Virus record (IMG/VR): IMGVR_UViG_3300028797_000117 | Length of the DNA stretch: 63,215 bases | Reading direction: 5' to 3' (one strand) | Source: an uncultured virus (IMG/VR IMGVR_UViG_3300028797_000117) | Lineage: Duplodnaviria; Heunggongvirae; Uroviricota; Caudoviricetes | Shown here: piece by piece, positions 29,297-40,190 of the stretch | Layout: each line of letters begins with the position of its first letter | Numbering within the stretch: position 1 is the stretch's first letter | Notes under the pieces: model-generated | Database searches by the model: none | Told to the model about the DNA's origin: nothing | Seen by the model: only the letters and a program-made list of their open reading frames with translations | Translations under genes and position numbers: made by a program

Positions 29297-29540
29297 AATA
29301 TTAAAATTAAGAAAGTTTAAAACAGAAATTACTAAAGAAATATGGGATTCACTAAGTCCTTCAGAAAAATCTTATTATATTTTATATGCGGATGGAACAT
29401 ATGAATTAGCTTGGGGTGAATATGATGTAATTAAAGCTCTTGAAAAAGATCATATCCGTGAAGTTAAATATATATTTGATGCTTCTGATAAAATTATGGT
29501 AGATAGGGATATAATTATAAATACAGATGAAATAAAATAA
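29280..29540 (+). CDS. hypothetical protein
   Basis: 86 aa ORF with AAAGGA RBS. Confidence 0.7.
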   Translation: MKKICRILKLRKFKTEITKEIWDSLSPSEKSYYILYADGTYELAWGEYDVIKALEKDHIREVKYIFDASDKIMVDRDIIINTDEIK

Positions 29541-29550
29541 GGAGGTTATT

Positions 29551-30114
29551 ATGGAAAACAAAATTTGGTTTACTAGTGACCCTCATTTTGGGCATCAAAA
29601 AGAATTTCTTTGGGGTCCAAGAGGATTTAATTCTAGCCTAGAACATGATGAAGTAATTATCCAAAATTGGAATTCAGTTGTGGATTATGAAGATGATGTA
29701 TATGTTCTTGGGGATTTTATGCTAGGCGATAATAAATATGGTATTAAATGTATTAACCGCCTTGCAGGAAAAATTCATCTTGTATTAGGAAACCATGATA
29801 CTGAATCAAGAGTGGAACTATATAAGAATTGCGGCAACATCGTAGAAATTATTTATGCAAAAGAAATTAAAATTGGTAAAAACTATTTTTTCATTTGTCA
29901 CTATCCTGTGATTACCGCAAACTATGATGACCAAAAAGCATGGGCTAAACATCTGATTAATCTCCATGGTCATACACACTCAAGAGAAAAGTTCTACAAT
30001 AATAATCCTTATATGTATAATGTAGGATTAGATTCTCATAATAATTTTCCTATTGAAATTAATGAAATTATTAATGATATTAGAGAGAAAAAGATACAAC
30101 TTGATAAAGAATAA
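29551..30114 (+). CDS. calcineurin-like metallophosphoesterase
   Basis: SDPHFGH, LGDF, GNHD, CHYP, LHGHTH, NVG.D. Confidence 0.9.
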   Translation: MENKIWFTSDPHFGHQKEFLWGPRGFNSSLEHDEVIIQNWNSVVDYEDDVYVLGDFMLGDNKYGIKCINRLAGKIHLVLGNHDTESRVELYKNCGNIVEIIYAKEIKIGKNYFFICHYPVITANYDDQKAWAKHLINLHGHTHSREKFYNNNPYMYNVGLDSHNNFPIEINEIINDIREKKIQLDKE

Positions 30115-30153
30115 TTTTTTATATATAATATAATTATAATAGGGAGGATAAAA

Positions 30154-30621
30154 ATGTCAAAATATAAATTTTTAGATGCAACTTTTAATAGTGATACAGG
30201 AATATCTACTGCTATTATTCAAACAGAATTAGGAGTTTTTGAAGGTAAAGCTCGTTTACATGATGAAGATAGAGATATTCTTTCTGCTTATGAAGGATGT
30301 AAATATGCGGAAGGTAGAGCTATTATTAAATATCATAAAGCAGTATTAAAACAAAAGAAAGCTATATATAATAATTTAAAAAATATGATTATTAATTTAG
30401 AAAGAATGAATGGTTATAATAAAGACTCAAAAGAAGCAAGATTTATTAGAAAACAATTTTATATGGTTCAAAAAGATTATAATGATTATAAAAACAAAAT
30501 TGCAGAAACAGAAGAATATCTTTATGATAGAATGAAAAGTTATAGAACTTTATATGAAAGTTATAAAAAAGCATTAGAAAAAACAAAAAATAAATCAGCC
30601 CAAGAAGAAAAGTCTGAATAG
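30154..30621 (+). CDS. hypothetical coiled-coil protein
   Basis: GGGAGG RBS, 155 aa. Confidence 0.75.
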   Translation: MSKYKFLDATFNSDTGISTAIIQTELGVFEGKARLHDEDRDILSAYEGCKYAEGRAIIKYHKAVLKQKKAIYNNLKNMIINLERMNGYNKDSKEARFIRKQFYMVQKDYNDYKNKIAETEEYLYDRMKSYRTLYESYKKALEKTKNKSAQEEKSE

Positions 30622-30650
30622 GGCTGATTTTTTCTAAGGAGTTGATATAT

Positions 30651-31163
30651 ATGAGAAAACGAATAAAATTATATACAGATGGAGCTTGTGCGGGAAACCC
30701 TGGTCCTGGAGCATGGAGTTGTGTAAACTATGATGCAGAAAATAATACAATCTGGGATGCTTTTATGGGGAAAGAAGAAGAAACTACCAATAACCGCATG
30801 GAAATAAAAGGATTACTTCAAGCTCTTGAATTGGCGGCAACCAAATATAAAGATTGTGATGTTATTATCTATTGTGATAGCTCATATGTAGTTAATGCCT
30901 TCAACGAATGGATCTTTAATTGGGCTCGCAATGATTGGATAAATAGTTCTAAAGAACAAGTAAAAAATTTAGATTTAATAAAACAACTTTATGTTTATGC
31001 TAATAAGGAGTTCCCAAATTATGGTGTATATAAAATTATAGGGCATAATAATGAGATAGGAAATGAATTAGCTGACGCTTACGCAGTTGCAGAACGAAGC
31101 GGAAATGCTACAAAATTAGCCAAAATTTTAAAGGAAAATAATATTACTCTTGCCATAGAGTAA
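30651..31163 (+). CDS. rnhA: ribonuclease HI
   Basis: YTDGAC.GNPGPG, TTNNRME, DS.YV, W..N.W, VKN.DL, GH...GNE.AD. Confidence 0.93.
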   Translation: MRKRIKLYTDGACAGNPGPGAWSCVNYDAENNTIWDAFMGKEEETTNNRMEIKGLLQALELAATKYKDCDVIIYCDSSYVVNAFNEWIFNWARNDWINSSKEQVKNLDLIKQLYVYANKEFPNYGVYKIIGHNNEIGNELADAYAVAERSGNATKLAKILKENNITLAIE

Positions 31164-31229
31164 TTTTTTTGATTTTAAAGGAAAATTTTGTTATAATTAT
31201 TATAGATAAATTTTAGAAAGGAGAAAACT

Positions 31230-33146
31230 ATGAAAGAAGATAAAAAATTATATACAAAGGATAGTATAGAATCTTTATCTCCTCTTGAATTTACTCGTCT
31301 AAAACCAGGAGTTTATGCCGGAGATACTACTTATTCGACACAGCTTTTAGTTGAGATAATTTCTAATGCTGTTGATGAATTTAGACTAGGTCACGGAAAT
31401 AAAATAGATATTACAATAGATAATAAAGAAAAAGATACTACTATTGAAGTTAGAGATTTTGGTCAAGGATTCTTGGTAAATGAAATGCGTGATGATGGAA
31501 AATCTGTTCTTGAAGCTGCATTTAGTGTCTTAAATACTTCAGGTAAATATCGTGAAGACGGGACTTATGAAGGAACTTCATTAGGTTCTTTTGGTATCGG
31601 TTCAAAAATCACAACTTTCTTATCTCATTGGCTACAAGTTATAACATATAGAGATGGAAAATATGAACAAGTAGATTTTAAAGAGGGGGTCTTTGAAAAT
31701 AGAAAAACTGGAATTCAAGCTGGACAAAGCGGAACTTTAGTAAGATGGCAACCTAGTGAACAATTCTTTACTCATACAACTATTGAAGAAAGTAAAATTA
31801 AATCTTTATTAAATACAATCAGTTGTTTATGTCCTGGATTAACAATAGTTTTAAAACTTGATGGCGTAGAAACTACTTACTACTCTGAACATGGACTTAA
31901 TGATTTAGTAGATGAAGCTGTTAAAGGTAAAGAAATTATTGTTAATAGATTTAATATGAAATATGCTGAAGGTAAAGAAAAGTTAGATATGGTATTAACA
32001 TATACATCTAATTATTCACTTATCCTTGTCCCATATGTAAATACAGGTTTAACTGAAAAAGGGCCTCATATAACTCAAGTTAAAACTATTATAACAAGAG
32101 AATTTAATAAATTCTTTAGAGATAAAAAATGGTTAAAAGATAAAGAAGAAAATTTAACTGGAGATGATATTCAAGAAGGAATGTATATTGTGTTTAATAT
32201 GACAGCTCCTAATGTTGCATATGATGCTCAAGTTAAATCAACAGTAACTAAACTTGATATGAGCAACTTCTCAAATGTTATTGCTACTAACTTACAATAT
32301 TGGCTAACTAATAATGAAAAAGAGGTAAAAGTAATATTTGATAAGGCGGCAGCCGCTAGAAAAGCTAGAGAGGCAGCTAAAAGTGCTCGTGAAAGAGTTA
32401 GAGAAAACAATAAGAAAAAAGAAAAAGCATTGAAATTTGATAGTAAACTTGCTGATTGTTATTCAAAAGATAGAAGTAAATGTGAAATCTATATCACAGA
32501 GGGAGATTCAGCCAGTGGAAACTTAAAGTCCGCTCGTAATAATGAATTTCAAGCAGTAATGCCTGTTCGTGGTAAGATATTAAATACACAAAAGGCTAGT
32601 TTAGATAAAATCCAAAAAAATGCGGAAATTATGACAATGATAGATGCTTTTGGATTATATATTGATACAAAAACAATGCAAGTTACTTATGATAAAAATA
32701 GTTTAAGATATGGTAAGATAATTATTGAGTCAGATGCAGATGTTGATGGCGCTCATATTAAAAACTTATTCTATACATTTATATGGAACTTCTGTCCTCA
32801 ATTAATTGAAGATGGATATATTTATGCAGGAGTTCCACCATTATATAAAGTCACAATAGGAAAAGAATATAAATATATTAAAAATGATGAAGAATTAGAA
32901 GAATTTAAAAAGACAATAGGCGACAAAAAAATAACTGTTAATCGTATGAAAGGTTTAGGTGAAATGTCAGTAGACGAAACTGAAGAAACTTTAACCGATC
33001 CTAATAATAGAATTATTAAACAAATAACAGTTGAAGACGCGGCGGCCGCAGATAAATTATTTAATGATTTAATGGGTACTGCAATTGTTGCTAGAAAAGA
33101 TTTTATAAAAGAACATAGTAAGGAGGCTACATATAATGCAGAATAA
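31230..33146 (+). CDS. gyrB: type IIA topoisomerase (gyrase) subunit B
   Basis: E..SNAVDE, D.GQG GHKL ATPase; EGDSA, PVRGKILN, DADVDG TOPRIM; RMKGLGEM. Confidence 0.93.
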   Translation: MKEDKKLYTKDSIESLSPLEFTRLKPGVYAGDTTYSTQLLVEIISNAVDEFRLGHGNKIDITIDNKEKDTTIEVRDFGQGFLVNEMRDDGKSVLEAAFSVLNTSGKYREDGTYEGTSLGSFGIGSKITTFLSHWLQVITYRDGKYEQVDFKEGVFENRKTGIQAGQSGTLVRWQPSEQFFTHTTIEESKIKSLLNTISCLCPGLTIVLKLDGVETTYYSEHGLNDLVDEAVKGKEIIVNRFNMKYAEGKEKLDMVLTYTSNYSLILVPYVNTGLTEKGPHITQVKTIITREFNKFFRDKKWLKDKEENLTGDDIQEGMYIVFNMTAPNVAYDAQVKSTVTKLDMSNFSNVIATNLQYWLTNNEKEVKVIFDKAAAARKAREAAKSARERVRENNKKKEKALKFDSKLADCYSKDRSKCEIYITEGDSASGNLKSARNNEFQAVMPVRGKILNTQKASLDKIQKNAEIMTMIDAFGLYIDTKTMQVTYDKNSLRYGKIIIESDADVDGAHIKNLFYTFIWNFCPQLIEDGYIYAGVPPLYKVTIGKEYKYIKNDEELEEFKKTIGDKKITVNRMKGLGEMSVDETEETLTDPNNRIIKQITVEDAAAADKLFNDLMGTAIVARKDFIKEHSKEATYNAE

Positions 33147-35463
33147 TGATATTTTAAATGAATTAAGCACAAACTTTATTGAATATGCTGTTGCAGTTAA
33201 TACTGATCGTGCTATTCCAGATTCAACTTGCGGTTTAAAACCTGTAGCCAGAAGAATATTATGGGGAGCTTATGAAAAAGGTTATACTTTCTCAAAGCCT
33301 CATGTAAAATCAGCTAAAATTGTCGGAGATGTAATGGGAACTTATCACCCACACGGAGATTCTTCAATATATGGAGCTCTTGTTAGATTATCTCAACCTT
33401 GGGTTATGAGATATCCGCTTATAGATTGGCATGGATCTAATGGAAATATTGATGGCGATGGCCCTGCGCATATGCGTTATACTGAAGCAAGATTATCAAA
33501 AATTGCTGAAGATGGTATGCTAAGAGGAATTAAGAAAGAAAATGTAGATTTTATTCCTAACTACTCTGAAGACGCAAAAGAACCAGTTACATTACCTGCT
33601 ATATTCCCTAACCTATTGTGTAATCCAAACACAGGTATTGGAGTAGCTATGGCTTGTAATTTTGCTCCACATAATTTATGTGAAGTAGCTACTGCTATAT
33701 ATGAATATATGGATGGTAAAGAACCTATGCTACCAGGTCCTGATTTCCCAACAGGCGGAATTATTATTAATAAAAATGATATTCCAAATATTATGAAAAC
33801 AGGACACGGAAGTGTAAAAATTAGAGCAAAATATAAAACAGAAGGACAAAATATTGTGTTTTATGAAATCCCTTATGGAACTTCTACTGAAAGCTTAATT
33901 GCGGAAATCGGTGAAGTTGCAGAGGCCGATATTCCAGAGATTGTAAATATTAGAAATGAAAGCAATAAAAAAGGTTTAAGAATTGTTGTTGAATGTGCAA
34001 AAAATGTTAATACAGATGCAATAGCAAATAAATTATTCTTAAAAACTGATTTACAAAGTAGTTTCTCTTACAATCAAGTTGCTTTAATTAATAAAACTCC
34101 TACTGAAGTTAATCTAAAAGATTGTATAAAAATATATTTAGACCATAATGTAAACTGTTTAATTAAAGAAACTGAATTTGATTTAAAGGCTGCGGAAGCT
34201 CGTTTAGAAGTAGTTGAAGGTTTATTGAGAGCATTAGAAGATATTGATAATATAATTACCTTCATTAAAAAGTCTGAATCAAGTGCTGCCGCAAAAGATG
34301 GTTTAATTAAAGAATATAAATTTACTGAAGCACAAGCTAAATCTATCGTTGCTATGAGATTAGGTTCTCTTGCAAAATTAGAAAAAGTTGAGTTAAATGA
34401 AGAAAAAGCTAAATTAGAACATGATATTGATGGATATAAATATTTATTAAATAATAAAGATGCTCAACTTTCTGCTGTTAGAGTTAGATTAAGTGATTTA
34501 GTTAAAAAATATGGAGATAAAAGGAGAACTGAATTAGCACAAATTGATGTTCCTAAAGAAGATAAAGAGGTTGCCGCAGTAATCCCTGAAGATGTCGTAG
34601 TAATGGTATCTCAAACAGGAGATGTAAAGCGTATTCCTAAATCAAGTTTTAGAACTCAAAGAAGAAATGGAAAAGGTGTTAAGTCAGAAGACGATGCTAT
34701 ATTAACTACTATTAAAACAAATACTATTGATAATTTATTAGTTTTTACTAATAAAGGAAAAATGTATAAAATATTAGTAGATAAACTACCTATTGGAACA
34801 AATGCTTCAAAAGGACAAAATATAGCTTCATTAATATCAATAGAACCTGATGAAAAAATAATGGCGGCGGCATCACTTGATAGAGATAATGACGCGGATT
34901 ATGTAGTATTCATCACAAAACAAGGTTTAGTTAAAAAATCATTAATGGAAGAATATACTTCAATTAAAAAATCTACAGGAACTCAAGCTATAAAACTTAA
35001 AGAAGATGACAGTATTGCTAATGTTCTATTTATGAAAGAAGAAGATTTAATTTTAATTACTAAAGAAGGTATGATGATTAGATTTAATACAACAGATATC
35101 GCTCCTATAGGAAGAGTAACCTCTGGAGTTAAAGGAATTAAATTAAATGAGGGAGATGAAATATTAACTGGATTAATGATTAAAGATCCAGAACATCAAG
35201 ACCTTGCATTGATAAATAAATCAGGAACAGGTAAAAAGTTTGCAGTATCTAAGTTAACTTCTCAAGGTAGAGGCGGTAAAGGAGTTAAGGGATGCGGAGA
35301 AGAACTAGCAGGTGCTGCGTTAATAACAGATGAAGATAATTTATTATTAATAGGTAAACCTAATAGTATATGCATTTCCGCAACAGAACTCCCAGTTCAA
35401 GATAGAACTACAATCGGAAATAAATTAATTCAAAACGAAGTTAAAAGTGTTGTTAGAATCTAA
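33136..35463 (+). CDS. gyrA: type IIA topoisomerase (gyrase) subunit A
   Basis: GLKPVARR, YHPHGDSS, MRYTEARL (catalytic Tyr), QRRNGKG GyrA-box-like motif, beta-pinwheel repeats. Confidence 0.93.
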   Translation: MQNNDILNELSTNFIEYAVAVNTDRAIPDSTCGLKPVARRILWGAYEKGYTFSKPHVKSAKIVGDVMGTYHPHGDSSIYGALVRLSQPWVMRYPLIDWHGSNGNIDGDGPAHMRYTEARLSKIAEDGMLRGIKKENVDFIPNYSEDAKEPVTLPAIFPNLLCNPNTGIGVAMACNFAPHNLCEVATAIYEYMDGKEPMLPGPDFPTGGIIINKNDIPNIMKTGHGSVKIRAKYKTEGQNIVFYEIPYGTSTESLIAEIGEVAEADIPEIVNIRNESNKKGLRIVVECAKNVNTDAIANKLFLKTDLQSSFSYNQVALINKTPTEVNLKDCIKIYLDHNVNCLIKETEFDLKAAEARLEVVEGLLRALEDIDNIITFIKKSESSAAAKDGLIKEYKFTEAQAKSIVAMRLGSLAKLEKVELNEEKAKLEHDIDGYKYLLNNKDAQLSAVRVRLSDLVKKYGDKRRTELAQIDVPKEDKEVAAVIPEDVVVMVSQTGDVKRIPKSSFRTQRRNGKGVKSEDDAILTTIKTNTIDNLLVFTNKGKMYKILVDKLPIGTNASKGQNIASLISIEPDEKIMAAASLDRDNDADYVVFITKQGLVKKSLMEEYTSIKKSTGTQAIKLKEDDSIANVLFMKEEDLILITKEGMMIRFNTTDIAPIGRVTSGVKGIKLNEGDEILTGLMIKDPEHQDLALINKSGTGKKFAVSKLTSQGRGGKGVKGCGEELAGAALITDEDNLLLIGKPNSICISATELPVQDRTTIGNKLIQNEVKSVVRI

Positions 35464-35532
35464 TAACACTTTTTTGCTTTTTATTAAAAAATATGATATA
35501 ATATAAATGTAAATAAAGAAAGGAGCAAAGGT

Positions 35533-37461
35533 ATGATAGATAAAGAATTAACTGAGATAAGAAATTTAATTGATAAGTTAAATTATTATACAAAGAAATA
35601 TGATGAAGGTAAACCTGAAATATCAGACCAAGAATGGGATGATATGTATTTTGCGTTACAGAATTTAGAAAACAAATATCATACTTATTGTGAAGATAGT
35701 CCTACTCAAAAAATAGATTATCAAGTTGTTAATAAACTTAATAAAGTAGAACATAATCACCCTATGCTTTCTCTTGACAAAACAAAAGAAATAGATACAA
35801 TTCAATCATTTATTGGTGGCCGCGATTATGTTGCTATGGCTAAAATGGATGGATTAACTTGCTCCCTTCGTTATTTAAACGGTAAACTTGTATCTGCGGA
35901 AACTCGCGGAAATGGAATAATAGGAGAAGATATTTTACATAATGCTTTACAAGTTAAAAATATTCCTAATAAAATTAGTTTTAAAAATGAATTAATTATA
36001 GATGGAGAAATAATTTGTACTTATGATGATTTTGAACCTTTTGAAGCTGAATATAAAAATCCTAGAAATTTCGCTTCTGGTAGTATAAGATTATTAGATA
36101 GTAAAGAAAGCGCTATGAGAAGATTAAGTTTTGTAGCGTGGGATGTTATTAAAGGTTTAGAAAATGAGCAAGATACTTTAATAGGAAAATTAGAAACTAT
36201 TGCTGAATTAGGTTTTACAGTAGTTCCTATGTATTTTGGTTCATCAGATATACAAAATGTTATAGAACAAATTCAATTAAAATCAAAAGCATTAAGTTAT
36301 CCTATTGATGGAGTGGTCTTTAAGTTGAATCAATGCGATGAATATAATGCTGCGGGAAGAACAGACCATCACTTTAAAGGCGGAATGGCTTATAAATTCT
36401 ATGATGAAGAATATGAAACTACTCTTCAAAATATAGAATGGACTATGGGTAGAACAGGAGTTTTAACTCCAGTTGCTATTTTTGATACAATTGATATTGA
36501 TGGTTCTGAAGTTTCAAGAGCAAGTTTACATAATGTCAGTGTTATGACTGAAGTATTAGGTCAGCCATATAAAGGACAAAAGATAAAAGTTTTTAAAGCA
36601 AATATGATTATACCTCAAGTTTCTTGGGGTGAGAAAAAACCTCTAACTATTTCAGATTTTAGATGTGAGGTTTGTCCTATATGCGGCGGAGCTACTCGTC
36701 TTAATGATAATGATGGAGTAGTTACCTTAATATGCGGCAATCCGCAATGTGAAGGTAAATTGATAAACCGCCTAGACCATTTTTGTGGTAATAAGGGACT
36801 TGATATTAAAGGGCTTTCAAAGGCAACTCTCGAAAAGCTGATAAACTGGGGCTGGATTTCTAATTATATAGATATATATAAATTAGAAACCAAGTCAAAC
36901 AAATGGAAAACAAAACCAGGTTTTGGTGAAAAATCTGTGGAGAGGATCTTGAAAGCCATTGAGGATAGCAAGCATCCATCATTAGACGCAGTTATTGCGG
37001 CAGCAGGCATTCCATTAATTGGTAGAACTGTTGCAAAAGAATTAGTAAAATATATAGATACTTATGAAGATTTTAGGTATAAAATTGAATCAGGTTTTGA
37101 CTTTACACAATATGATGGATTCGGTGAAACAATGGCCGCCGCATTATACGATTTTGACTACAAAGAAATTGATGATGTAGTTGATTATGCTCTTGATATA
37201 CAGAGTAAAAAGGTAGAAGAAAGTAATAATAAATTAGAAGGATTAACATTTTGCGTAACAGGTAAAGTTCATATTTATAAAAATAGAGATGAATTAAAAG
37301 CAGATATAGAAAGCAAGGGCGGAAAAGTAGTTAGCTCTATGAGTAGTAAAGTAAATTATTTAGTAAATAATGATATAACATCTACAAGTTCTAAAAACCT
37401 AGCTGCTAAACAAGCAAATATCCCAATTATTACTGAAGAAGAATTGCAATCAATGTTTTAA
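35533..37461 (+). CDS. ligA: NAD-dependent DNA ligase
   Basis: MLSLDK, KMDGL, TRGNG..GED, NPRNFASGS, DGVVFK, GRTG.LTP, Zn finger, HhH, BRCT. Confidence 0.95.
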   Translation: MIDKELTEIRNLIDKLNYYTKKYDEGKPEISDQEWDDMYFALQNLENKYHTYCEDSPTQKIDYQVVNKLNKVEHNHPMLSLDKTKEIDTIQSFIGGRDYVAMAKMDGLTCSLRYLNGKLVSAETRGNGIIGEDILHNALQVKNIPNKISFKNELIIDGEIICTYDDFEPFEAEYKNPRNFASGSIRLLDSKESAMRRLSFVAWDVIKGLENEQDTLIGKLETIAELGFTVVPMYFGSSDIQNVIEQIQLKSKALSYPIDGVVFKLNQCDEYNAAGRTDHHFKGGMAYKFYDEEYETTLQNIEWTMGRTGVLTPVAIFDTIDIDGSEVSRASLHNVSVMTEVLGQPYKGQKIKVFKANMIIPQVSWGEKKPLTISDFRCEVCPICGGATRLNDNDGVVTLICGNPQCEGKLINRLDHFCGNKGLDIKGLSKATLEKLINWGWISNYIDIYKLETKSNKWKTKPGFGEKSVERILKAIEDSKHPSLDAVIAAAGIPLIGRTVAKELVKYIDTYEDFRYKIESGFDFTQYDGFGETMAAALYDFDYKEIDDVVDYALDIQSKKVEESNNKLEGLTFCVTGKVHIYKNRDELKADIESKGGKVVSSMSSKVNYLVNNDITSTSSKNLAAKQANIPIITEEELQSMF

Positions 37462-37500
37462 TACATTGATATGTCTAAAAATTTTTAATATAATATAGGT

Positions 37501-37686
37501 ATGAAAGATAAAGAAAAAGAAAAAATTGCACAAGAAATTATTGAGTTAGAACTAAAATGCCAAGAGGATAAAGATAACTTAAATATATATCTTCAAAAAA
37601 TGACAGAACTAACAAAAAATCTTTCATTAGAAGAACTATTGGAAATTGATGAATATATCATGTGTAGTAAAAAGTTGAATAATTAA
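37501..37686 (+). CDS. hypothetical protein
   Basis: 61 aa ORF downstream of a TTGATA...TATAAT promoter. Confidence 0.6.
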   Translation: MKDKEKEKIAQEIIELELKCQEDKDNLNIYLQKMTELTKNLSLEELLEIDEYIMCSKKLNN

Positions 37687-37748
37687 AAAATTTTAACTAT
37701 AATATATTTATCAAAAATAAAATAATAAGAAAAAAGGAGAAGAGAATT

Positions 37749-38015
37749 ATGTTAAAACCAAATAGTAAATTAGTTTATGATTATGTAAAAGCAAACGGAG
37801 CTAACAATATTACAGCTGCAGATATCGCTGAAGGAACTGGACTTCCAGTAAGAAGCGTTAACGGAATCGTTACATCTGCATTCCAAAGAAAAGGCTTAAT
37901 GGAAAGAACTGAAGCAGAAGTAGAATTAGAAGATGGATCTCATAAAAAAGTTAAATTCATCACTTTAACTGCTGAAGGTGAAGCATTCGATCCAGAAGCT
38001 GAAGATGCTGAATAA
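37749..38015 (+). CDS. small winged-helix DNA-binding protein
   Basis: ITAADIAEGTGLPVRSVNGIVTSAFQRKGLMER...LT.EG. Confidence 0.7.
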   Translation: MLKPNSKLVYDYVKANGANNITAADIAEGTGLPVRSVNGIVTSAFQRKGLMERTEAEVELEDGSHKKVKFITLTAEGEAFDPEAEDAE

Positions 38016-38044
38016 TTATATAAATTAATATAGAAGAAGGTCGG

Positions 38045-38070
38045 AAGAGTTGGGTTACCAACTCTTTTTT
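38045..38070 (+). terminator. intrinsic terminator
   Basis: AAGAGTTGG-GTTA-CCAACTCTT followed by TTTT. Confidence 0.75.
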
Positions 38071-38088
38071 GATAAAGGAATTGATATT

Positions 38089-39018
38089 ATGCCGGAATTT
38101 ATAATGATATTATTATTTATTGCTAGTGTGATATTTTTTATTACTGCTTATACAAAAAAAGAAAAAACTAATAAAATAAATAAAGAAATTGAACAAGAAA
38201 ATGAAAAATTATTAAAAGATAAAGAAACTATTATAAATGAAATAAAATTTTTAAATGAAAAGAAACAAGAAAAAAATAATGATTTAAGAGAAATAGAAAA
38301 AATAACTAGTAATGTAAATGCGGCCGCTCATGATGCTTTTAGCCAGTACTGTGATGCATTAGACCAAGAGTATGCTAATATAGAAAGAGAACATGATGAT
38401 GCAATCGATGGATTAAGAATTGCTTATGATAATCTTCAGGATATATTAAAACTAAAACTTGAAATGGCTCAAAAAGATCTTGATAAAATCTCCGCAACTC
38501 GTGCTGCCGCATTAGAAGCTCAATTAAAAGAACAAGAAATAAAAAATAAACAATCTTTCTATTGTCCTCAAGTTCCTGAGGCAGATTTAAAAGATGCTAG
38601 AACACTTCGAGATATAGAATATAAATTAAATAATCCTAGAGTACTTCGTATGTTAATCTGAACAACTTTTTATCAAAAGCCAATGAATCAAGTTTGTGCC
38701 AATGTATTAGGTGCGGCAACCGCAGAAAAGTGCGGTATCTATAAAATAACAAATCAAAAAACAGATTTAGTCTATATAGGTCAAGCTGTTGATATCGCGA
38801 CTCGTTGGAAAAATCACGCGAAAGCCGGTCTAGGAATCGACACTCCCGCAAATAATAAACTATATAAAGCTATGGCGGAGGATGGGCTTGAATCATTCTC
38901 ATTCGAGGTCTTAGAAGAGTGCAGCCGCACTGACCTTAATGAAAAAGAAAAGTTTTATATAAATTTATACCAGTCCGATAAGTATGGGTACAACTCTAAC
39001 GCGGGAATAAGTAAGTAA
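38089..39018 (+). CDS. membrane-anchored coiled-coil protein with C-terminal GIY-YIG nuclease domain, TGA=Trp
   Basis: TM helix, coiled coil, single TGA at 38659-38661, then CGIYKITN...VYIGQA.DI..RW..H...F.FEVLEEC....LNEKE...I...GYN. Confidence 0.8.
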
Positions 39019-39098
39019 TTTGATAATTACTTATTTTTTGTTTATAATATAATTGTAAAATAAATCAATAAATTATTTCAGTATAGATACAGGAAGAC

Positions 39099-39127
39099 TT
39101 GACAGAAAGAGAATTTTTTAGTATAAT
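39099..39127 (+). promoter_or_regulatory. consensus sigma70 promoter
   Basis: TTGACA-17-TATAAT. Confidence 0.8.
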
Positions 39128-39213
39128 ATTAGAAGAAATAATTAAATCATAAGATAAATGTGAATTGAGTTATTTTAAAAGAAAAGAAAAATATTTATAG
39201 GAGGAAAATTAAA

Positions 39214-40158
39214 ATGAGAAAACCACAAAATAGTGAAAGAATTGAAGGAAGAATTTATCAACATGATTTAACAGTAAGACAAGTTCAAAATCAAGCATCT
39301 GATAATTTTGGAAAAGATTTTATTAGTGGAAATTTAGAAGTAGCAACTGATGATGAAGGATTAAATGTTATCAAAGTTCACTTCACATATGTAACTGAAA
39401 CTAATAAAAATGGAGCAAAGAATGCAACTTATGCTACATTAAAGAAAATTATAGATGAAAATAAAACTTGGACTTCTGTAGGAAAAGACGGAGCTACTAA
39501 AGTTAGAATCGATACTGCTTTAGCATTAAATGATTTTTATAATCAAAATGATGAATTAGTATCTGCTAAAACTAACGAAGGTGGATTTGTAACAATTGTT
39601 AATGAATTAAATGATCCAGCTGAAAGAAATAGATTCTCAGTTGATATGGTTATTACAGGAGTTACAGTTGTAGATAAGGATGCAAATGGTAATGATATAA
39701 CTCCATATGCAAGCGTAAAAGGAGCAATCTTCAATTTTAGAAATGATTTATTACCTATGGAATTTAAAGTTAAAAATGACAAAGGTATTGAATATTTTGA
39801 AAATTTAGGTGCATCAAATGCTGAACCTGTTTACACAAAAGTTTGGGGAAATATTATATCTGAAACTAGTACAACAACTCAAGAAGTTGAAAGTGCATTC
39901 GGAGAACCAGCTGTAAGAACTTATAGAAACACAAATAAAGAATGGGTTATCACAGGAACTGCAAAAGTACCTTATGATTTTGGTGATGAAAATATCTTAA
40001 CAGCAGATGAATTAATGAAAGCTAGTCAAAATAGACAAGTATATCTTGCAGATGTTAAGAAAAGAGCAGACGAATACAAAATGAATAAAGCTGCAGGAAC
40101 AACTACAACAAGCGCACCAGCAGCAACTGCTACTAAAAAAGCTGATTTCAATTTCTAA
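39214..40158 (+). CDS. putative single-stranded DNA-binding protein
   Basis: Beta-rich, flexible Ala/Thr tail ending DFNF; first gene of the replication operon beside a Sak4-like ATPase. Confidence 0.55.
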   Translation: MRKPQNSERIEGRIYQHDLTVRQVQNQASDNFGKDFISGNLEVATDDEGLNVIKVHFTYVTETNKNGAKNATYATLKKIIDENKTWTSVGKDGATKVRIDTALALNDFYNQNDELVSAKTNEGGFVTIVNELNDPAERNRFSVDMVITGVTVVDKDANGNDITPYASVKGAIFNFRNDLLPMEFKVKNDKGIEYFENLGASNAEPVYTKVWGNIISETSTTTQEVESAFGEPAVRTYRNTNKEWVITGTAKVPYDFGDENILTADELMKASQNRQVYLADVKKRADEYKMNKAAGTTTTSAPAATATKKADFNF

Positions 40159-40190
40159 TCAGCTTTCTTCAAATATTATAAGGAGGAATT

